Source: Octopus sinensis (lineage: Eukaryota). From it: 64,000 nt of DNA. The translations under genes and the position numbers were made by a program. The stretch is from contig NC_043010.1 in assembly GCF_006345805.1 (NCBI RefSeq), positions 60,078,001-60,142,000 of the forward strand. Direction: 5' to 3'. Positions 1-10,865 of the stretch are shown here, in pieces. Under the pieces are notes generated by a model, which saw only the letters and a list, made by a program, of their open reading frames with translations, did not search any database and had not been told where the DNA came from. The stretch's first letter is position 1. Every line of letters begins with the position of its first letter.

Positions 1-12
1 TATATGTATCTA

Positions 13-90
<78 letters not shown>

Positions 91-192
91 CATATATATA
101 TAATATACACACACACAGATAAATATATAAATTTACACATATATACATATACATTTGTAAATATACATATTTCAAAATGCAACTACGTTTAA

Positions 193-370
193 ATCATTGG
201 CGATTTTTTAACTCTGTCTTCCTTTTCTCTTGAACTTTCCTCTGTCTCCTCTTTCTGAAGAAGAGCTTTGCTTGAAACATAAAACCAACTTTCTTTCCTT
301 CCCCGAGCGTCTGCTAATACTTTGCATGTACCCTGTCCTTGTGTTGTTTTTTTCCTGTTTGTTCTTCATT
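193..370 (+). mobile_element. PLE-type terminal-repeat (pLTR) fragment, HHR family D, copy 1
   Basis: Homologous by eye to 18931-19085 (atcattggcgatttt...tttctgaNgaagagc...gagcgtc). Contains an HHR core. Confidence 0.6.
252..284 (+). ncRNA. Minimal type I hammerhead ribozyme motif (decayed), family D
   Basis: TTT-CTGAAGA-A-GAGC(TTT)GCTT-GAA-ACAT-A/AAA. CUGANGA core at 255-261, 4-bp stem II, GAAA at 274-277. Stem III ACAT is read as decayed ACGT. Confidence 0.55.
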
Positions 371-510
371 TTTTGGGATTTATATATATGTATTTATTGT
401 GGTCTATAGTGTGTGTGTGTGTGTGTCTATAGTGGTGTGGTGTGTTGTTGTATGTATGTATGTATGTATGTATGTATGTATTATATATATATAGATATAT
501 ATATATTATA

Positions 511-556
<46 letters not shown>

Positions 557-711
557 ACACATACATACACATACATATATATACATATACATATATATAT
601 ACATACATACATATACACAATATATGTATTACACATATATATGTATATATACATACATATATGCATATGTACATACAAACATATGCATACATAAATACAT
701 GTGTGTGTATA

Positions 712-750
<39 letters not shown>

Positions 751-1368
751 ATACATGTGTGTATATGTATAGATATATATATACACACATGTACACTTGT
801 TGGTTATATGCTGTTTATAAACCTGTCTTCATCTTTTGTTTTTCTGTAAATTTCATACACACACACACACCACACACACACACATGTAATATAAGTAAAA
901 TTGATAACTGCAGAATATTTCTGAATTTAAAAATTTTTTTATTAAGTATAAAACAATTATTTAAATGTATGTGCATTTGTGTATATACAAATATAAATAA
1001 ACTATATATATATATATAATACCTAAATGTATACCTATGGAACATTCACAAAAAATATTTTTAATGGTACTTTAGATGTATAGTATGTATTTTTGTTATC
1101 AATATAGGTCTGTCTGTCTGTGTATCTATCATAGGAGGAAGGTAACATTCTACAATGATTTCTCAGTTGACATGTGGTTAGAGTCATAAGCACACAATAC
1201 ACAGCTATTTAAAATTAATCATGTAACAACAGTCAATGAGCAATTCTGCAGATGTTCCGCTGTTCAGTGAATCGTGTAAACCACAAAACACCGGCAGTTT
1301 TCAAAGTTTGCATGAAGCGGTACTGCAAAATTGTATATAAAAGATCATAAAAACAGAACACACACACT

Positions 1369-1413
<45 letters not shown>

Positions 1414-2004
1414 TATTAAGATATATTATTATGTCCATGTATATTTATATATTTACACAAATATATTGAAGTATATATAGCTATATATACACACACATAC
1501 ACAGACATATACACCAGCATACAAACACATATGAGTACATACATGAAGAAATAAAAAAAGCACATTCTCTATAAAAAGTTTTGGTGTTAGAAAATAGAGA
1601 TTCATTTAACAATACATTTAAGATGCTTTAATCCCTTTTCCTTACTGAAAAATATGCTAAGACACACACAGAGTCGTATAAACACACGTAAACACATATA
1701 TCTACGCTGTTCTTGTCAAACTGTCCAGTCTATGCCAGCATGAAAGAAAGTGGTATGATGATGATGATGATGACGATGATGGTGATATATCTTTACGTAT
1801 TCAGTGATGTGCAAACATTTATATATGTAAAAAATTTCTGTTGATTCTCAAAGGAGTGTTGAATTTCAGAAATCAATAGGCAATAGTAAACTGTTCTTCA
1901 ACAAATTTTAATTGAATGGCTCAAAAATACCTGAAAGATGCATACATACATTCATACGTATATGTTTGTGTATGTATCCTCATCCAATGCCCATTCACAC
2001 ACAC

Positions 2005-2281
2005 ACCCTGTATGTATGTTTGCATATAATATATATATATATATATTATATATATATATATATAAATACACACACACACATATATAATATATGTATGTGT
2101 ACACACATGCACACACAAATATATAAAAAATACATATAAATACATGTATATATATAATATATATATATATAATATAATTTATATATATATATATATGTAT
2201 ATAACATATATACGTATAAATACATGTATATATACATATATATGTATGTGTACATATACGAATATACATCATTCATTATAT

Positions 2282-2316
<35 letters not shown>

Positions 2317-2666
2317 TCTACATATATATATATACGAATATACATATATACATCTATATATATAATATATATATATATAATAATAGATATATTATATAAT
2401 ATATCTATATAGTATACATATATACATACATATATATATATATGTGTGGAATATTATATATATATATATGTAATAATATATATATAAATATACAATATAC
2501 ATATTACATACATATATTATATATTGTGAATATATATATATATATATATAAATATACATATATACATATTATATATAATATACCATATATACATATTATA
2601 TATATAAATATACATATATACATATTATATATATAAATATATACATATTATATATATAATATATAC

Positions 2667-2706
<40 letters not shown>

Positions 2707-2752
2707 TATATATATAAAATATATATATACATATTTATATATAAATATATAC

Positions 2753-2791
<39 letters not shown>

Positions 2792-2813
2792 TATATTATA
2801 TATATATATATAT

Positions 2814-2869
<56 letters not shown>

Positions 2870-2885
2870 TATATATACAGATAAC

Positions 2886-2937
<52 letters not shown>

Positions 2938-2995
2938 ATATACATATATAACATATTATATATAATATATATATATATATATTACACACACACAC
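2005..2995. repeat. ~1-kb degenerate (TA)n field
   Basis: Direct inspection. Confidence 0.9.
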
Positions 2996-3264
2996 TCACA
3001 AAATGGGACAAGAACGCAAAAACATCCAGACAGTTTGGTGATACATGAAGGGACAACAAAACATCGAGATAACAATACACAGAAACAAGGATGGGTCATT
3101 CGGAATGTTCTTTCCTCAGCCAAGTTCCAGATTATCTTTGTAATTTCGGCTGTTTATACTCGAGCCTGCTCCAATATGGCCAGCCCCAAGAAAAAAAACT
3201 AAGCTAAGAGCATCAGATTCCCTGGAAGAAAGCAGTGAATGTATACAAAAACAAGGATGGTTGA

Positions 3265-3554
3265 ATAAATCAACCCCAATACTTATTTATTTATTTATTT
3301 ATTTTCGAAGCCTGGTTCTTATTTTATTCATTTCTTCTACTGAACTGTTAAGGTACAGGGATGTAAACCCACCAACACCAGTTGTCAAGAGGTGGTGGGG
3401 AACAAACACAGACACAAAGTCAAACACATATATAACAAGCTTCTTCAGTTCCCACTAAATCTACTCACAAGGCTTTGGTCATTCCAAGGTTATATAGCAG
3501 AAGACACCTGCCCAAGGTGCCACACAGTGGGATTGAACCTGGATCCGTGTAGTT
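3265..3554 (-). mobile_element. tRNA-derived SINE (family 1), lacking its 5'-most head
   Basis: Reverse complement matches the 55488-55890 copy (cccactg..ggcaccttgggca.gtgtcttct...gaccaaagccttgtgagt...gacaactggtgttggtg). Confidence 0.75.
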
Positions 3555-3569
3555 CAGTGTGTGGGTGTG

Positions 3570-3683
3570 GGGGCTGTGTGGTAAGAAGCTGATTTCTGAA
3601 ACTACATGGATCCAGGTTTGGTCCCACTGCATGGTACCTTGGGCAAGTGTCTTCTGCGATATAACCTTGGGATGACCAAAGCC
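3570..3683 (+). mobile_element. tRNA-derived SINE (family 1) 5' part; inverted twin of 3471-3554
   Basis: gctgtgtggtaagaagct...ggtcccactgcatggtaccttgggcaagtgtcttct matches the family head. Confidence 0.75.
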
Positions 3684-3752
3684 CTGTATATATGTATGTA
3701 TGTGTGTGTGTGTGTGTGCATGTGTGTATATGTATATGCATGTATGGATGTG

Positions 3753-3820
<68 letters not shown>

Positions 3821-4284
3821 CATACATACATATATATACACATATATAGATATATATGTATGTATATACACACATATATATATATATATATATACATATA
3901 TTTACACACATATATATATACATATATACATACACATACGTATAAATACATACATATACAGAACAGATACAACAGTAGCCTGGGGTAGTCTTCTGCCTGG
4001 CTGCCTCCTGTCAACTGACTTACCCATGCATGCTGGGAAAACAGACGTTAAACAATGATGATATATATATACACACACATAACCACATACATTCCTATAT
4101 TATACATATCTGTTTATACGCATAAGCATAATCACACAAATATAAGTATTTATACAGCTGTATATAGATATGGATGGAGATTTGGAATGTAGAGAACTTT
4201 TACTCTTTATTTATGACACGCGATGCATCCTGGCATTGCCTGGGTGTTATGACCTACAGCCACATTGTATTATTTGTTCCTTTC

Positions 4285-4500
4285 AAGGCAGCAAGCTGGC
4301 AGAAACATTAGCATGCCAGGTAAAATGCTTAGCGGTATTTCATTTGTCTTTACGTTCTGAGTTCAAATTCCGCCAAAGTTGACTTTGCCTTTTGTGTGTC
4401 GATAAATTAAGTACAAGTTGTGTTCTGGGTTAGGGTTAGGGTAATTGACTGACCCCTTCCCCAAAATTTCGAGCCTTGTACCTAGAACAGAAAAGATTAT
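4285..4500 (+). mobile_element. tRNA-derived SINE (family 2)
   Basis: A-box-like agctggcagaa and B-box-like gagttcaaattc. Body gactttgcct...gataaattaagtac...aaatttcgagccttgtacct is shared with the copies at 33590, 42451 and 47462. Confidence 0.75.
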
Positions 4501-4556
4501 TTCTTCCTTTTTATGTGCAGAATCACAAAATGTGTATTGTTTCATTGTATAAAAGG

Positions 4557-5137
4557 GGGTGAATATGATTTTGCCCAGAAATCACATTTTCAAAATTTTT
4601 ATTTCCCCCATCCCCACCGCAATTTCTTAAGTTGTAACTGGTTTCAAATTTTTTTCTATCCACGTAGAAAAATACAGAGATTACGAATCTGGGAAATATA
4701 TATTAGTTTTTGTAGTTTGATTTTTCTAAAAGAAACACTCAATGCCCCTCACCCACCCATCACCTACTCGCTTTCAAGAAGCTAAAATTCCCAATGCTTC
4801 ACTCTCATCTAATGTTTCATGCATGCATAGAATTGTACTGAAATAGCCAGACCACCACCAGAAAACCTGACATGCTAGGTACAACAGGTAAATGACATTT
4901 CTGAAGAAACCTTCCTGCTTTTCCAAAACATTAAAAGTATAACGTTGGGAGTTTGTAGCTTCTTGAAAGAGTCAAGGTGATGGGTGGATGCTTGGGAAGG
5001 AGATTTTAGAGTTTCTTTAAGAAAAAAGGAAGAAGAAAATTTGGAAAAAAGTTTAAAATATGAAGAAATTGGGGTGGAAAGAAAGGGAGAAAATTAAAAT
5101 ATCAAGAACGTGTTTTATGGTCAAAATCCTAATCTCC
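4557..5137. mobile_element. Old fold-back / MITE-like element with long degenerate inverted arms (~4557-4804 vs ~4933-5137)
   Basis: cacccatcacctactcgctttcaagaagcta (left) vs tagcttcttgaaagagtcaaggtgatgggtg (right). Outer blocks gattttgcccagaaatcac / gtgttttatggtcaaaatc also align in inverse. Confidence 0.6.
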
Positions 5138-6245
5138 TGTAAACATAGGAATCAGGAGAAATTTAGGAAAACAATAAGGTGTGGCGGGGGGCACAAATGT
5201 CTCCTCAGATTTGCTAGAAACAACAAGGACTGGATTTCTGGGAAAACTTCCTTTTAAGTTTATATCAAAGATCAGGTTTTTAAATATGCTTATCACAAAC
5301 ACAAATTGCAGAATAGAAAACAGTCATTTCAATTGGATTTGAGCTGTAATTTTGCACGTGCACACAGTCAGAAATAACATAATTCGTACAAAAGCTTTAC
5401 CTAGAGTGAGTGTGTGTGTGTGTGTGTGTGCCAAAGGAAGTTATTTTATGACATTCTTTTGTTTGAAGCAGCAAAGTTGTCAACTCAATCATATGGTCAA
5501 TCATATGGTATCATATGAGAGTCAATTTTCATAAAAATTTATTTATTTATTTATGCTTTGAAGAGAGCAGAAATTGAAAAAGAGGAGAAAGTGAAAAGGC
5601 AACATTTGCTTCAAAGTAAAAGCAGAAAGTGAATGATGTATGTATATGTACATGAAATGAGCGTTTGTGTGTGTGTGTGTATGTGTGCATGAGAGTGAGT
5701 GGGTGAAGGTGTGTGTTGTCATATATGTATTATTTTGCATGCATGTGTAAGTGGTACTCACTTTCTCTCTCTCTCTCTCACACACACACACATTATCTTT
5801 AACATGTACATAAATATATATGCATACATCTGTTTTGTATGTATGTGTGCATGTGAGAGAGTGTGAGTGACTGTATTTCCTCATAACATATAGAGAAATT
5901 ACTGTCTTTTAATGAAAGGTTTTGGTTGTGGCATATTTTAATACAATATTTATATGTACATTTTCATAAATGTCAGTCTGAGTAGAATTCTATGCATGTG
6001 CGAAACATTGGACAAAACTGAAACATTAGAAGCAAATTGAAATATTGCCTGAAAACGACCTCAAACTTGTACCACCCAACCTCGTTTCCAAGGTTATTTT
6101 AGTAGTGAAAAAGTGTTGCTGCGCCAAAAGATTACTGAATCTTTTGATACCCCATACATCAAAATTGGCAACTCAGTTTTCAAATGCATAAGGAACATAC
6201 ACACGCAAACACACATACAAACTCTCTTATATATATATATATATT

Positions 6246-6412
6246 ACATCATTTGTATTTTCATTTGATGGATATTTGTCCTCATCTTCTTTGTTGTTAA
6301 CACGTTTCGGCTAATATACCCTCCAGCCTTCATCAGGTGTCTTGGGGAAATTTTGAACCTGGGTTCTCATTCCTAAGGCATTTTTCAATGTTATTATTAA
6401 TATTATTATTAA
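6246..6412 (-). mobile_element. Inverted partial copy of the tRNA-head/HHR element (family A, no tRNA head)
   Basis: Reverse complement aligns to 6552-6720. Confidence 0.85.
6299..6341 (-). ncRNA. Minimal type I hammerhead motif, family A (core intact, 3-nt deletion at cleavage site)
   Basis: Minus strand reads GACAC-CTGATGA-A-GGCTG(GAGGGTATAT)TAGCC-GAA-ACGT-GTT. Confidence 0.7.
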
Positions 6413-6471
6413 GGAAGGATAGGTAAATATTAGATTTATAAGCCCTAATATTCACTCCATAATTGCCCTCA

Positions 6472-6752
6472 GGCATATGCATAATGGTTAAGAGCATGGG
6501 CTACTAACCTCAAGATACCAAGTTCAATTCCAAGCAGTGACCTGGATAATAATAATAATAATAATATTAATAATAACATCGAAAAATACCTTAGGAATGA
6601 AAACCCAGGCTTGATATTTCCCCAAGACACCTGATAAAAGCTGGAGGGTATATCAGCCGAAAAGTTGTGTTGACAACAAACAAGATGAGGACAGATATTC
6701 GTCAAATGTAAATAATGTACATAATTCCTTATCTCTTAAATTTAGAACTGTA
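6472..6752 (+). mobile_element. Non-autonomous element: tRNA-like Pol III head + (AAT)n + hammerhead-containing body (family A)
   Basis: A-box-like tgcataatgg (6478-6487), anticodon-like loop ggg-CTACTAA-cct and B-box agttcaattcc (6521-6531), then (AAT)n and the HHR at 6626-6671. Confidence 0.75.
6626..6671 (+). ncRNA. Minimal type I hammerhead motif, family A (core mutated)
   Basis: GACAC-CTGATAA-AAGCTG(GAGGGTATAT)CAGCC-GAA-AAGT-T/GTGTT. Stem I GACAC:GTGTT and the GUU site are retained, with G8A and a stem III C>A change. Confidence 0.65.
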
Positions 6753-6840
6753 CGTTGTTTGTATTTCCATTGATTCTTAACTTAAGTAGATATTTAGAAA
6801 TGTATTAATTACATACGTGTGTGTGTGTGTGTGTGTATGT

Positions 6841-6903
<63 letters not shown>

Positions 6904-7201
6904 TGTGGTGAATGTGTTTCTGTATATTGCTAAACATTCTCTACTCTTATGGATCATTTTAGCCAAATGTGTGTATACATGTAAAATTTCTCACTACATT
7001 TGCTGCAATATACTCAACTTAATGACCAAATATCAATTTAGTTCTTAATATCAATGGATCATGGATAAATATTTTGAGATATTTTATGCATAATCTCTTT
7101 TATGAAATAGCTGTGAACGAGTGGAATAAACATCTATTCTCTTACCTCATCTCTTATTTGATATCTATCTATCTAATATATGTATATACATACATACATA
7201 C

Positions 7202-7241
<40 letters not shown>

Positions 7242-7262
7242 GTATAATATATATATATATAT

Positions 7263-7294
<32 letters not shown>

Positions 7295-7299
7295 CATAC

Positions 7300-7381
<82 letters not shown>

Positions 7382-8149
7382 TACACGCACACCCACGCAA
7401 CACACCACAACATATGACAGATAAGTCCCATAAACTGATAACAATACGAACATAATATAATACAATACACAGATAAATAAACAAATGGAATTAAATAACT
7501 ACATACATTAACAAAATAAGTTAAATTAAATACAAAAAAAGAAAGAATAGAAAAATAAATAGGTATAAACACATGAACAATACTGATAATACAGGCACAT
7601 TCCCCCCACCACACACATATACACACTTACTAAACATGGACACACACAGGGGTATATGGATTGCGCAAATAAAGACACACACATTAGGAATACAAAATGG
7701 CTGACCATCAGTAAGGACAGACAAAAAAAAAAAAGAAAGAAGAAAGTAAAGGACCACTGATGAGGTCACAGAAATGTGACTTAACATTTTGGCAAAAGAG
7801 ACTGATAGAATAAGTTCTAGACTTACAAAGAACAAGTCCTGGGTGATTGTTAGTGTGAATGCTTCTTCAGGCAGGGCACTATTATAGTTGTGTTAGCCAG
7901 ATCCACTGACCTTAATGACACACATCCTTTTACACCAGTCAAATAATATCATTCTAGTGGTGACCGTGACTGACAATTAGCCAGAGATAAGAAACAAACA
8001 TTAAACAAAAGACCAGAACTCATCGACTGGTGAGAGCTACTTATAGAAAAAGACAAACATGGACAAAAACAAAAAATATTCTACCAATTTCACATGTACA
8101 CAAACACTCACACATGTATGTATACACACATTTATCTCTCTCTCTCACT

Positions 8150-8188
<39 letters not shown>

Positions 8189-9405
8189 GCTTTATACATG
8201 CACACACACACACATCAATATATCATCATCATTTTACATGCACTTCCTCTACTAGCAAGAGCTGGAAATGCTTTATGGATCCAAGTCACCTCCCATAGGG
8301 AGGTACAACTTCCAAAGTCTTTGCGTCTGTACTTGTCATTTGGCTTGGTTTGTACAGCCATTCCTAATGTCAACCACTTTACAGAATATATTGAATGCAT
8401 TTTGCTGTGGCATCAATGCAAAAGAGGTTGAATATCCCTTGGCGAGACAGGGCTTCAAGGACCTCTTTCCATTTAAGTAACCACTTTACCTGGTGAATGG
8501 TAGGTGTGGATGGGGTTTGTACACAGTAAGTGAAAATTTAGAAATGGAGCAGTGATGAGAGAAAGGCCAGAAATGGTTATTACGGTGGCAGGGATAGGAG
8601 AGTAAGTGTAGGTCTAGAGCAGGGCTGAAGAGAGCTTGCATGGGTGACCAAGGAGGAGAACTGGAGAGAAAGAGGGGAAAGGACAATGGACGGAGAAGGA
8701 TCGGAATAGGTGGGGAGAGTAGAAGGAAAAAACAGTATGAGGGCAAGAAGTGAGGGATATGTAGAGGTAATTGAGGAGAAGGGAATGATTGACAATAGCA
8801 GGTGGACAGAGACAGTAAGAGCTGATAAAGAAAAGGTGAGATTAAGTAGAAGTGGGTGAATGATTTGCAGTAACAGAAGCAATAATGAAAGTGGAAAAAG
8901 GTAGTGAGTGGGGAATGCTGGTGAGATAATTGTGAGGATATATGAGGGTGTCAACAGAGGAGATTCAGAGAAAAGGAACTGTTGACTGGCAGTAGAGCAC
9001 AGTGGAGTTAGAATGTATAGAATGAGCAGAGGAGGACGATGGCCCAATATAGCCTCCTATATATGTGTATGTGTGTGTGAGAGAGAGAGAGACAAAGGGG
9101 AGAATGTATAGTTTTTTAACTTGACAGCTGTTTCTGAGAGCTCAAATTATGTAATAGTTGTGACAATAGTTGTAATGTACATAATTAACAGAGGGAGTGT
9201 AAAAAAAAATTATGGATATGCAACCAGCAGATGGATACAGAAACATTGCCATAATACTGACTTCCTTCATCAGGAGGGGAAGATTGGAAGATAGTGTAAA
9301 GATGGATGAAATGCCATTTACTGTTTTGTCCAACATGCTAATAGTTCTACCAGTTCACCATCTTATAATAATAACACACTAGAATGGGGAAGAGAATGTA
9401 CAAAC

Positions 9406-9440
<35 letters not shown>

Positions 9441-9524
9441 CACATGGTTGAGTCCTATCTATTTTCCTGACTATTAAAACTTTGATCTTTGTGTGTGTGT
9501 GTTTGCGTATCTGATTTTGTCATA

Positions 9525-9860
9525 TGGATTCATAAGAATCAAAACATATCAATCCATGGGACACCAGAAATAGACCTCACATTGAAATAAACATTAAATA
9601 AATGAAGTGTTGGTAAGATAGCTATCATAAAAAAAATTATATTAACCTAAGTAAATTAATTTTGTTACAGAAAGATAGTAACAAAATATATTCAATTGGC
9701 TGGGATATTATTTGTAAGGCTAAACCTTAAAAGAATAGGGGATAAAAGATGTGACTTGTGCATAGAGGAAATGTACCAAATTTTCACTTCTAAATGTAAT
9801 CTAAGATACACAAGACACGGACATGCTCTAAGATGCCTTCATGCAAGAAAATTCACATCT
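9525..9860 (+). mobile_element. Penelope-like element GIY-YIG endonuclease C-terminal fragment (decayed)
   Basis: Translates with a stop and frameshift as SIGWDIICKAKP*K..DKRCDLCIEEMYQIFTSKCNL...RCLHARKF. This is the W..A.PY...C.LC..E.....C.H pattern of PLE endonucleases. Confidence 0.65.
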
Positions 9861-10669
9861 CAATAATTCAAATAAACACATTACACTTTATATAATAATA
9901 AAATTTATTAGAACAACAATTGTGAAAAGAACCAAAAAATCAATTAAACTTGATTGAATTCCTCTAAACTAAGAATATTGTCTTTGAAATGAGTGGAGTA
10001 GTAAACTTCTAATAGTAGTGATAAATCTACATAAACTTTCAGTCTAACTTTGACCTGTTTTTAGGACTCTGTTTTGTATCACCTACAACATTTAGTAGAA
10101 GTGAACACTAGGTCAAGATTCCTACAACTATCAATAGTAGCACCCATACCTCCAAAAAACATTTTATTCATTCAGTTTGTTGATTCCCTCAGTTTCTCTT
10201 TGGAACAGCAGAGAGTAAGGACCCTGATGAAACTGCACAGACCATGACATCAGGTTGCATATCCAACAGTATGTGGTTGATGCAGTTGAAATGCATGTAG
10301 GTCCAGTAAAGGATGCTGTAAATAATTGTTAAATAAAATTATGGATGTGAAAAATCTCCATTCTCCCTATCATTATTAATACCATTACTTATTCTATAGA
10401 AATTATGCAGTCCTGAATAGGACACTCGGATTTACCCAGCAAGAAAAGTTACCACAGCAACTATTGTTAGCTTGGGTCTCACAAAAGGATCATTGGGGTT
10501 AGCTGACATCTGAAACTGAATTAAGAGGAAATGCGGTAACTGCCAAGATAATATGTCCCTTTAAACTTATTTTTGGATATAGTCAGTCATTCAGTCAAGC
10601 AGACAGGCAGACAGATAGATATGTGTGTGTGTCCGTGTATTTTTGTCCACCCACCCACCCACCCACCCA

Positions 10670-10865
10670 CCATTTCGCAACCAGTGTTGGTGTGTTTATA
10701 TCCCAATAACTTAGCTGTTCTGAAAAAGAGACCAATAAGTACCAGGTTAAAAAAAAAAATAAATAAGTACTTGGTTGATTTATTTGTTTGACTAAAATTC
10801 TTCAAGGCAGTGCCCTAGGATGGCTGCAGTTTAACAACTCATACAAATCAAAGATAAAAGATAAC
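10670..10865 (+). mobile_element. SINE family 1, 3' half
   Basis: ccagtgttggtgtgtttatatcccaataacttagctgttctgaaaaagagacc matches the family 3' body. Confidence 0.65.

Larger units (their letters stand above)
1..790. repeat. Compound microsatellites (TC)n/(TA)n/(TG)n/(TATG)n flanking the 193-370 element
   Basis: Direct inspection; source of the YIYI-type ORFs. Confidence 0.9.

Noticed and set aside
3085-3185. Two HHR-like strings on the minus strand (ttggagcaggct..agccgaaat; ctgaggaaagaacattccgaatgac)
   Set aside because: The first fails the CUGANGA core and the second lacks a foldable stem II and GAAA. Probably a repeat end, but not supportable as a ribozyme.
6472-6545. Functional tRNA gene (also considered for 57530-57585)
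   Set aside because: Acceptor and T stems do not pair and there is no oligo-T terminator. Treated as tRNA-derived heads.
7757-7785. CTGATGA followed by a GTCAC/GTGAC hairpin
   Set aside because: No GAAA follows the stem, and the 3' strand belongs to an adjacent SINE fragment.
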